From a virus (lineage: Duplodnaviria; Caudoviricetes), in the IMG/VR virus record IMGVR_UViG_3300021400_000063: a stretch of 64,000 bases of DNA. One strand, written 5' to 3'. A program made the translations under genes and the position numbers. A model generated the notes under the pieces. That model was not told the origin of the DNA, ran no database searches, and saw nothing but the letters and a program-made list of their open reading frames with translations. Shown piece by piece: positions 9,890 to 18,560 of the stretch (positions are counted from its first letter, which is position 1; the number at the start of each line of letters is the position of its first letter).

Positions 9890-12800
9890 ATGGCTACAAA
9901 AATTAATATTGAAGACGTTATAGAAGCCAATGATCATAATAGTGCCATGGCCCTAACAGCTGCTTGGTCTCAAATGTTTAAAAAGTATGCCCTTAATGAA
10001 ACTGAAGAATTAACAGATGATCCAGGTAATTCATTCAATATTTTTATGCATCTTACAGCTCAAGGTGCAGCCAAAATGATGTATGAATCTGCTGCAAGAA
10101 TCAATGAAACAAATGAATCTACAGCAATCTTACCAAAATCTTTAATAAATAAGTTAAATTCTGATGAATTATTAGGTATATTTGGTACTCCAGCGTCAAC
10201 TACTATTGCTTTCTGTTTAAAGAAAGAAGATATTTTAACATATGCAATTGATGATGCCGATACTTCCGATTTAAAGAAAATCATTATTAATAAAAATATG
10301 ACTGCTGTATTTGAATCCCATCCAAGTTTTACTTTACCTTACGATGTAGTTGTAAATGTAAAACAACTTTCAGATGGAGATGTAAATATTTTCGCCACAT
10401 ATGATATGCCTGATAGTAATAATGATGGAATGCGATCGATTTATGGTATAAACAATCAATATATTTCATCTCGTGAAATGAGATACGATGGTAATGTTTA
10501 TGTAGTTTTCTTCTTAAAGATGTTCCAAATGGAACGTAAAGAAACTGAAGTTTACGTATCGGATCCTAATACAGCAGATACAACTGTTTCATTTAGTGAT
10601 TCTTTAATAGGAGTTGAAGTATTTAGAACTCGTCAGAATAAATCTGGTGAAGTTCTTATGACGGGATATACAGATGGTTCTCCATTAATACAAAACTCTT
10701 ATAATTACAGTTATGATTATAAACGTAATAAACAGAATTACAATATTACATTTAGTAAAATGAATGATTCTGCTTCATTGAGTATTGGTGATAAACTAAG
10801 AATTGTTACTTATACAACTAAAGGTGAAGAAGGAAATATTGATTTTCCTAACATGGTAAACAATTTAAATAGTTTATCTATTAACTATGCTCAAGATTTA
10901 GCAATATCATATCAAAATACTGTATTGAATATAGTTGTTTTAGCGTTTGCTCGTGATGAAGCTTCAACAGGTGGATCTAATCAAACTGATATTGAACAAA
11001 TTCGTGCAAAAGTTATCAATAAAAAATATACTCGTAATATTCTTATTTCTGGAAATGAAATTATTAATAAAGCTAAAGAATATGGTTTGGATGCTTGGAA
11101 ATATAGACACGATGTTATCAATCTTTATTATAAAGCTCTAGACAAATTAGTTTACAACGATATGATTCTTTCAACAGGATCTAATAATTTCTATTTCGAT
11201 TTGAAAAAGAAACCGTTATTGATTTCTGGTTATAATTATTATATGATTGAACCTACAGATGTTTTCTCATATGATAGTGAAACTAGACGTTTCGAATATT
11301 CTCCAAAAATTTATGACGGAGATCCTTCTAAGAATTTAAAATCTTGGAAACAGTATATTTTGGATTATAATGATACATCTAATATCGAATCTATTTTACA
11401 GGCACAATTCCCATTCTATATACGTTATGAGAATAGTACAAATCCTAAAATTACAGTTTATGATATGACTGTAAATAAAACAGAAATTTTATCATTTAAA
11501 TCTTATAATGAAGATTATGCATTGGATAAAGTAGATGTTCCTTTCTTAAAAATATTACGAAATCCATTTAAGGGTTCTATAGACGGTACATTTGAAAGTG
11601 ATTTAGCAAATACCTATTTCTTCTCATTTGTATTACATGCAGGTTCGAATACTCTTGAAAAAATATATGCGCAATGTCATGATCCTGATGATGAAATCAA
11701 CTATGTAAATAGTACGGATGAAAGTACATATTTAAAACAATATATTTCATTCAATCTTAAAATGATTGGAAAAAATACAGGTACTATTTATGTAGTAGAT
11801 CCTACAAAAATTAAAATAATTAATACTGATACTATGCTTGAAGATGGATACATCGCTTATCAAGCTACAGTAACAACAAATAACTTTGTAACAGATGAAT
11901 CGCAAATTCAATTAAAAGGTATACGTAATACAAGTTTAATTTCAAAAGATTATACTGTGTATTATAACGTCGATACCGAAGTTAAATTCGAATTATCTGC
12001 TAAATTTGATGGATATGCTGACTGTATCTCATATGAAACTGATTATGTAAAATTAGTTGAAAATATGTCGGAATCATTTGGTCTAGAATTCGATATTGAA
12101 ACTAGAATTCCTGGATATGAAACTTATGAACAAGATGTTGGTGAAACTTATGAAACTACAGAATATGTAGTTAATAAGAGTTATGATCCTGAATCTACAA
12201 ATAAATCCGATCCTAATTATTATGAAAATGTAGTTGAGATTGGAGATGATGGATTACCAATATTTATTTCACTTAGCGGTGGAAATGTAGTTCCTAAATT
12301 CAAGATTCTTCATAAAGCTGGAGATTTTGTATACGATTATACAAAATTAACAGAAGATGAAATAGAATATGGTCCAGATGATACTGTACAATATTATACT
12401 TATGATCCTGATTATGAAATGTATACATTAGTTTCAGATCTAGATGATTTCGAATCTGGTGTAGATTATTATACAGCTAAAGCTAGAATTAAGCATAATA
12501 AAGGTGATACTAAATGGTATAAGAAAGTTCTTAAAAATGGAGTTTATGTTCCTGGTGAACTTTCAGATCTTAGTGAAAAAGAAGCATTTACAGATCCTAC
12601 TTTAATGCGAAAAGCTTTAACTACAGAATACATTGGTATTATTAAAAACGTTCCATGGATTAATAGACTTTATTTCTCATCTGAGGATATGTTTAATACA
12701 ATTCGTGAAAAGTATTTAAATATTACTGATAACATTTCTAAGATTCGTTCTAATATGTTTGATGGTGGTAAGATCTTTGGGGGTTTAAAAAATACTTCTG

Positions 12801-13204
12801 GTAAATCTTCTAAATATAAAGCATATTTGCTTTCAACAAACAATTATGAATATATTTCAAATATAGCTTTGAAAATAGAATTCAGAGTTAAATTTAAAAC
12901 TAATGAATCTATAGAATTTAAACGTTCTCAAATAATTTCTACTACTGCTAGTTATATTGAAAGTCTTGGAGATAACAATTTCTCAACTGATAGCCTTTTC
13001 GAAGCTATTAAGGGAGTTGTTCCAGATATTGAATATATTAACATAGTAAGAATTAATGATTATAAAAATGGTGAGGTACAGACCATTATAAATGATACCA
13101 GTGTTTCAACTGAAGTATTAACTGTATCACAAAAAGTAACATCTACGGATGACGGATCGATAGTTTTCGAACCTGATATTACAGTTAATGTAGTAGGTGA
13201 ATAA
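9890..13204 (+). CDS. Baseplate wedge protein (T4 gp6/baseplate-J-like)
   Basis: 1104 aa. N-terminal TAILPKSL...GTPAS and ASTGGSNQTDIEQIRAK resemble gp6/J motifs. Late promoter. Confidence 0.6.
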   Translation: MATKINIEDVIEANDHNSAMALTAAWSQMFKKYALNETEELTDDPGNSFNIFMHLTAQGAAKMMYESAARINETNESTAILPKSLINKLNSDELLGIFGTPASTTIAFCLKKEDILTYAIDDADTSDLKKIIINKNMTAVFESHPSFTLPYDVVVNVKQLSDGDVNIFATYDMPDSNNDGMRSIYGINNQYISSREMRYDGNVYVVFFLKMFQMERKETEVYVSDPNTADTTVSFSDSLIGVEVFRTRQNKSGEVLMTGYTDGSPLIQNSYNYSYDYKRNKQNYNITFSKMNDSASLSIGDKLRIVTYTTKGEEGNIDFPNMVNNLNSLSINYAQDLAISYQNTVLNIVVLAFARDEASTGGSNQTDIEQIRAKVINKKYTRNILISGNEIINKAKEYGLDAWKYRHDVINLYYKALDKLVYNDMILSTGSNNFYFDLKKKPLLISGYNYYMIEPTDVFSYDSETRRFEYSPKIYDGDPSKNLKSWKQYILDYNDTSNIESILQAQFPFYIRYENSTNPKITVYDMTVNKTEILSFKSYNEDYALDKVDVPFLKILRNPFKGSIDGTFESDLANTYFFSFVLHAGSNTLEKIYAQCHDPDDEINYVNSTDESTYLKQYISFNLKMIGKNTGTIYVVDPTKIKIINTDTMLEDGYIAYQATVTTNNFVTDESQIQLKGIRNTSLISKDYTVYYNVDTEVKFELSAKFDGYADCISYETDYVKLVENMSESFGLEFDIETRIPGYETYEQDVGETYETTEYVVNKSYDPESTNKSDPNYYENVVEIGDDGLPIFISLSGGNVVPKFKILHKAGDFVYDYTKLTEDEIEYGPDDTVQYYTYDPDYEMYTLVSDLDDFESGVDYYTAKARIKHNKGDTKWYKKVLKNGVYVPGELSDLSEKEAFTDPTLMRKALTTEYIGIIKNVPWINRLYFSSEDMFNTIREKYLNITDNISKIRSNMFDGGKIFGGLKNTSGKSSKYKAYLLSTNNYEYISNIALKIEFRVKFKTNESIEFKRSQIISTTASYIESLGDNNFSTDSLFEAIKGVVPDIEYINIVRINDYKNGEVQTIINDTSVSTEVLTVSQKVTSTDDGSIVFEPDITVNVVGE

Positions 13205-13225
13205 ATTTTAAGGAGATAACTAGTC

Positions 13226-15457
13226 ATGGTTAATGATAATAAAAATGACTTTATGTCTGTTGTAGACAACGCTTCTAAAGAATATAAGAAACGCTCATAT
13301 GAATCTTGTATGGAAGGCTTTATGTCTTCAATGATTAAAGATGCTGTAACAATCGATGCTCCAAAAAATGTAGAACTTGGAATTGATACAAAAGAAGCAA
13401 TCTTAAATGAAGTTACAAAAACAATTAAAGATTCTGCTAAAGAATTCGTTAATAATGCTGTTAATGAAGAAACTGGTGCACTGTACAATGTTAATGTAGC
13501 TCATGAAATTGTAAATCCTAAAAATCTTACAGAATCTATCATGCAACTTGTAGCAGCTCATGTTTATAATGAAGCTGATGATCGTGCTAAAATGCTTGAA
13601 GCTGATTTCGATGCTGGGAAGATTAATAATATGAGTTTCGAAGATGCTGCAAAATATGTAGATACTATTTATGAACCTCTCTTTATCAAACAGCTTGATA
13701 ATGGTAAAAACCTTAAGAAAGGTTTGGAAGTTCTTATGTCTACAGAAGGTGCTGAACTTGTTGATGATATTAAAGATACAGTATCTAAATTGGTTCTTGA
13801 AACTGAAGCTAAAAATTCTGTAATTCGTGAAGCTGTTTCAGAAATTAATGAAACTAAAGCTGAAATCGAAAAGAAGATCAATGGTGAAACTGATGAAGAA
13901 AAAGAAGCTAAAGAAAATGGTGATAATTCTTCAAACGATACATCAAGTGATGATACTTCTACAGATGATGCTGATATGGGAGATGCTGCTCAAGCAACTG
14001 AAGGTCTTCTCATTAAAGCTATGAAACGTAGTAAGAAAAATAAGATGCTTTCATGTGAAGATCTTTTCTCAATGAGAGATATCGGTGGAACATCTATTCA
14101 GTCTGGTGAAGATTGGTCAACAAATTACGATCCTACTTCTTTCTCAAGAGAGGCTGCTGAAGATATTCTCGATCAATTCCGTGAACTTGATGATGGTATT
14201 GATCCTAATACAGTTAACGATGATGAAGCATATTCAGTAAGTGGCGATAATGGTGAATCTTGTATCGATAACCAGGGTTCATCTACAGCTGAATCTACTG
14301 AAAATGATTATGTAGATGATAATGGAAACGTTATTGAAGAATTCCAGTCTTCATATGATAATGAAATTACACCAGATCCTATTCCAAGTCTCGAAGCTAT
14401 GGTTCAGAACATTATTCCTATGAATCTTAAAAAGATTGGAACTCATGCATTTGAACCTTCTTCAAAACTTACAGCTTATTTAGCTCTTCAGAAAGATAAT
14501 GGTAAGATGTTCTTCGATACAATGCGTACTAGAGCATCTCATGCATTTGAAATGCTTAATAAGACAGAGGGAGATGTTATCGAAGGAATGGCTAAGTCGG
14601 ATATCGATAAACAGCTTACTGATACTTGTGAAAAAATCAATGCTACTGAAGAAGGAGTTAATAAACTTCTTGAAGATATGGGTATTGCTGGTATTTTGGA
14701 TAACAAATTCCAGAGAACTGGTAATCCTGTAGAAAATGCTGTAAATTCACTTTTTAATCCTGAACTTATTAAGCCTATGACTAAAGACATGGCTTCTAAA
14801 GAAGAACTTCATGAACATGAACTCGCTGATATTTTCAAACTCGCTCTTAAGATTTCTGATGTTAAATCTGAAATTGCTGATAGATCTGATGTTATTGGTA
14901 ATAAAGAACAACTCGGATATCTTAATGAACTTCTCAATGAAAAGGTTGTAAATCTTGAACCTAATGAAAAGTTTGAAGTTGAAAATAAAATCGAAGCTCT
15001 TCAGTCTATCGAATCTCAGATTAGTCTTAGTGATTTGATGGATATGCAGGTATTCTGTTCTGAAAAAGATGGAAATGATAATCAGAGAGTAACATTGACT
15101 TCTCTTAAAGATATCGATGCTTATGGTTATTCATTCTTTGAAGAAGCAGAAAAGATTAAGAAAGAAGTTCGTTCTAACTGGAATGAAAAACTTAAAAATA
15201 GCGGTGTAAAATATAACTTCGATACCGATAAATTGGTTGAACTTATTCTTGAAGAAGAAGATACAACTAAGATCGATTCGAATATTTTTGAAAAAGTAAT
15301 GTCTAAGCTTGCTGCTGATAAGACTATTGAAAAATCATCTGAGGCTCTTCTTATTAGAAATAAAGTCAAAGCAATTACAACAGCTTATATTACAGCAGAT
15401 AAACTCGGATTCCTTTCAAAAGAAGATATCGCTGATATTAGAAATTACGTAATGTAA
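13226..15457 (+). CDS. Acidic head-processed structural protein (core/scaffold-like)
   Basis: Very D/E-rich with many S/A/G-X-E sites (SYE, SFE, STE, ATE, SCE, SGE, SRE, SLE, SKE). Confidence 0.5.
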   Translation: MVNDNKNDFMSVVDNASKEYKKRSYESCMEGFMSSMIKDAVTIDAPKNVELGIDTKEAILNEVTKTIKDSAKEFVNNAVNEETGALYNVNVAHEIVNPKNLTESIMQLVAAHVYNEADDRAKMLEADFDAGKINNMSFEDAAKYVDTIYEPLFIKQLDNGKNLKKGLEVLMSTEGAELVDDIKDTVSKLVLETEAKNSVIREAVSEINETKAEIEKKINGETDEEKEAKENGDNSSNDTSSDDTSTDDADMGDAAQATEGLLIKAMKRSKKNKMLSCEDLFSMRDIGGTSIQSGEDWSTNYDPTSFSREAAEDILDQFRELDDGIDPNTVNDDEAYSVSGDNGESCIDNQGSSTAESTENDYVDDNGNVIEEFQSSYDNEITPDPIPSLEAMVQNIIPMNLKKIGTHAFEPSSKLTAYLALQKDNGKMFFDTMRTRASHAFEMLNKTEGDVIEGMAKSDIDKQLTDTCEKINATEEGVNKLLEDMGIAGILDNKFQRTGNPVENAVNSLFNPELIKPMTKDMASKEELHEHELADIFKLALKISDVKSEIADRSDVIGNKEQLGYLNELLNEKVVNLEPNEKFEVENKIEALQSIESQISLSDLMDMQVFCSEKDGNDNQRVTLTSLKDIDAYGYSFFEEAEKIKKEVRSNWNEKLKNSGVKYNFDTDKLVELILEEEDTTKIDSNIFEKVMSKLAADKTIEKSSEALLIRNKVKAITTAYITADKLGFLSKEDIADIRNYVM

Positions 15458-15463
15458 TATATA

Positions 15464-15493
15464 AATCTTGGTGGGATTATTCCCACCAAGATT
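15464..15493. terminator. Bidirectional terminator between convergent genes
   Basis: AATCTTGGTGGGA/TCCCACCAAGATT. Confidence 0.8.
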
Positions 15494-15502
15494 ATTTTAT
15501 AT

Positions 15503-17617
15503 TTATTTTATTTCAGGATAGTTAGAATTAGAAAATTCAGATGAAATTGCTGAAAGAGATTCACTATCAGCTTTATGAATTTTTGCAATTTCATTATATC
15601 CATCTCCACCAGATCTATTTACGAAATGATAACCAAATGATGGAGCTGCAAATTTTACATTAGCTGTATTTTTCAAAGTTTGATCTGCATTTTCTTTAGT
15701 AAAATCACCAAGAGAATTATAAGTATCAAAATCTACTGAAGAGAATAAACCTATAATATTGGAAACTGCTCTAGTATTAGCAACTGATGAAACCATATTC
15801 GATGGATCTAATTTAGCTTTCCAAGCATTTACAAACATCATTCCAGCACGTTTGAAATGTGATTTACGGAAGTTATGTGTCATATCATCGAGTGATAATC
15901 CGCCAAGTGTTGCTAAATATTCAGAAATACCACAAGATGGGAACATTGATTCCAAAGCCATACGAACTGGTCCACGAGATGCTAATGGTAAACTAATATT
16001 AGGTTCCATATCTTTAATATTTATTTCAACAGACATTGTTTTTGGGAAACCATCTGGACCCCAATCGTTTCCATCTCCACCACGAGTTACTGATAATGAT
16101 TCAACCATTCCATAATTAATCATAATTTTATTCTTAACGAATACTCTTACAGCAAATGGTGATGTATAAGACATTTTACCAATTTGTCTAGGAGCACTCA
16201 TAGTAAGTAATGTTAAAAATGGAATATAAAGATTTTCAAATTTACCCATAGGATCACCATATGGATAATGAAATTTAAATGAGCAAGTAAATGTTCTAGA
16301 GAAAGAACTTGATGAGAATACATCTGGTAATGTAATTCGTCCTTTTCCAGATAATACTGCAGCTTGTTCTGAGAATGAAGAAGCCATTTTCAAACCTAAT
16401 TTCTTAACACCAGCTGTTACAGCACCTAATCCTGTTTCACCACCATTAGGATTAGCTTCATCATTTTGAGAAGCTGTAGCATTCATACTTTCCATTAACG
16501 GGTTAGTTTCAGTAGAGTTTGAAAATGTTTCAGATCCAATTACATCTTTAGAACATCTAAAGGAAATGAATTGATCATTTAAAACATTTACTCCGGATCC
16601 ACCTTCAGCATTCATAATATTTGTAGGTATAACTTTATTAAGATCTAGATCTTTTATAGAACCACAGTATCCATTATCTGTATAAAGTCCCATAATTGTT
16701 GCTAAATCTTTCCAAAGAAATTCTACATATTGCTTGAATAAGTTTCTAGCCTGTCTAAATTCTATAACTTTATTTCCACCAAATATAGCAGAACCTACAG
16801 AACCTACTACGCCTAAAACATCTGTTACACCAGTCCAAAGTTTAGAAAGAACTCCTAATAATCCTTCTCCACCAGTACGAATCAAAGTTTCATTCATACC
16901 TGCCCCGGAACCGAGTCCAAGCATTTTAAAGAATCCTGAATGATATTTAATTCTTCCAGGTTGAAATAAAACTATTGGCCAGTTATTCATAACTTCAGAA
17001 GAATAAATTCTTCCAATTTTAGTATAAACTGGATTAGTTCTAGGATCATCACGTTTATTAAATTGGAATTGTGGATTTAATATAGTTGCTTCACCTAAAC
17101 CAATACCTAAATGTGGAGCTAAACGTTTATATTTTTCAGTACTTGCATAGTCTGAATCTGATACAGCGGAATCGTTTACAGGACTATTATCATAATTTCT
17201 AACAAATGGTCCGCCTTTTAAATAAGTTTTAAAGGTTAAGTTATCTTCCAAATCCGGAGTTATATCCAACTTAGTAGGATCATTATTAATTGATTTTTGT
17301 AATATAGAATCTTTACCAGTTATTTTATCATTAATATAACTAGTCGTATATAAACCTAAAGCTTCTACACAAGAAACAGCATTTAAACCTTCTTCTGAAT
17401 CTTCTATAAATCCCGCAAGTAAATTAGAATCCATATTATATTTATTATAAACAGTTCCATCATTCTTATTCCTTGCAAGTCTAAAAGAATCTGAAATGCT
17501 TGTGATATCTATAGGTTTACCAGTTTCAGTATCTATAATAGCAATATTTTGTAATCCTAAATTATAATTTAAATCTGTAGAATTAGGATTAAAATTTTCT
17601 TGATATGAACTAGCCAT
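15503..17617 (-). CDS. Baseplate hub / tail-tube cap-like protein (T4 gp48-like fold)
   Basis: SFKFHYPYGDP...PRQ...YTSPFAVR...GMVESLSVTRG...DGFP...INIKD pattern. Late promoter 17643-17656. Confidence 0.55.
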   Translation of the reverse strand: MASSYQENFNPNSTDLNYNLGLQNIAIIDTETGKPIDITSISDSFRLARNKNDGTVYNKYNMDSNLLAGFIEDSEEGLNAVSCVEALGLYTTSYINDKITGKDSILQKSINNDPTKLDITPDLEDNLTFKTYLKGGPFVRNYDNSPVNDSAVSDSDYASTEKYKRLAPHLGIGLGEATILNPQFQFNKRDDPRTNPVYTKIGRIYSSEVMNNWPIVLFQPGRIKYHSGFFKMLGLGSGAGMNETLIRTGGEGLLGVLSKLWTGVTDVLGVVGSVGSAIFGGNKVIEFRQARNLFKQYVEFLWKDLATIMGLYTDNGYCGSIKDLDLNKVIPTNIMNAEGGSGVNVLNDQFISFRCSKDVIGSETFSNSTETNPLMESMNATASQNDEANPNGGETGLGAVTAGVKKLGLKMASSFSEQAAVLSGKGRITLPDVFSSSSFSRTFTCSFKFHYPYGDPMGKFENLYIPFLTLLTMSAPRQIGKMSYTSPFAVRVFVKNKIMINYGMVESLSVTRGGDGNDWGPDGFPKTMSVEINIKDMEPNISLPLASRGPVRMALESMFPSCGISEYLATLGGLSLDDMTHNFRKSHFKRAGMMFVNAWKAKLDPSNMVSSVANTRAVSNIIGLFSSVDFDTYNSLGDFTKENADQTLKNTANVKFAAPSFGYHFVNRSGGDGYNEIAKIHKADSESLSAISSEFSNSNYPEIK

Positions 17618-17642
17618 AAATATGACCTCTTATTAATTATAG

Positions 17643-17656
17643 TATATCATTTTGTC
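17643..17656 (-). promoter_or_regulatory. Late-type promoter
   Basis: GACA AAATGA TATA. Confidence 0.65.
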
Positions 17657-17669
17657 ATCTGAACAAAAA

Positions 17670-17858
17670 TTATACGGGGCAGAATTAACTGCCCCGTTTT
17701 ATCAAAAAGACTAAAAGCTTTTTGCCATCGATAAGAGAAAATTCACGAAAACTCTTACCAATGGGTAATTTCAAAAAAATTTATAGGAGGATTTAAATGA
17801 AAAAAAATGACAATTGAAAGACCAAAAGACGTCAGGATGCAGGTTTGTGAATTTGTAT
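17670..17858 (-). ncRNA. Candidate late small RNA (~190 nt) with anti-SD/anti-start-codon segment
   Basis: Perfect late promoter AACA-TATAGA-TATA (17869-17856), no annotated ORF, ends at hairpin 17674-17697. 13-bp stem CCAUUGGUAAGAG/CUCUUAUCGAUGG needs two G-U pairs on the minus strand. Confidence 0.55.
17674..17697. terminator. Intrinsic terminator
   Basis: ACGGGGCAG/CTGCCCCGT. Confidence 0.75.
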
Positions 17859-17869
17859 ATCTATATGTT
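17856..17869 (-). promoter_or_regulatory. Late-type promoter (orphan; drives candidate sRNA)
   Basis: AACA TATAGA TATA. Confidence 0.6.
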
Positions 17870-17883
17870 CAAATAAAAATTTC

Positions 17884-18513
17884 CTATTTTTTCAAAAAAA
17901 CTTTATAACAAGAAATTTTATTTACATCTTTATATTTATGAACTGTACCTTTAGCCGGATCATACATAAGTGTTCCAATTGAATTATATAGTTCAAAATG
18001 ATGTCCACCATAATTACCAGTACTACCTGTTAAGAAATCTACAATAAAGAAATAAACATTTCCATTTCCAGGAAGATCACTAGTATGTTGATAATTTGAT
18101 ACATTCCAATCTGAACCAGAAGCAACAGCTTTAACAAAAACGTTTGCATATTTATGTTTTTTATCATTTAATATTTGTGCCGCATAATTCATAATTTCAT
18201 TTGGACTAATTACTGTACAATCATAGTCAAGCCATCCACTTTTAACCGCATATAAATAAATATCAATTATTTGAGAAGGTCGTAATTTTTTCCCTTTCAC
18301 AAATTGAGGGGCCGCTAAGCAACACATAAAGTTACACCCAAATTTATGGATATTTGTTTCAGGATCTTTAGGTTTACTATCAGTTCTCTTAAAATCGATC
18401 TGATACATTACTTTAACATTAGGTTTAATAAAAGGAACTTTATAAGCAGCAGAATTCTTTTTTATTTCCATAATAATATCTCCATCTTTTATATTAAAAT
18501 GTTTTTCAGTCAT
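17884..18513 (-). CDS. DUF261-like / papain-fold cysteine peptidase (possible cell-wall hydrolase)
   Basis: IHKFGCNFMC (Cys), GHHF (His), YDP (Asp) triad spacing, resembling spirochaete DUF261 proteins. Confidence 0.5.
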   Translation of the reverse strand: MTEKHFNIKDGDIIMEIKKNSAAYKVPFIKPNVKVMYQIDFKRTDSKPKDPETNIHKFGCNFMCCLAAPQFVKGKKLRPSQIIDIYLYAVKSGWLDYDCTVISPNEIMNYAAQILNDKKHKYANVFVKAVASGSDWNVSNYQHTSDLPGNGNVYFFIVDFLTGSTGNYGGHHFELYNSIGTLMYDPAKGTVHKYKDVNKISCYKVFLKK

Positions 18514-18522
18514 AAAATAAAC

Positions 18523-18546
18523 ACCTGGTGAGATTTCTCACCAGGT
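18523..18546 (-). terminator. Terminator after tape measure gene
   Basis: ACCTGGTGAGA/TCTCACCAGGT. Confidence 0.7.
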
Positions 18547-18560
18547 ATTAAAATTATATG

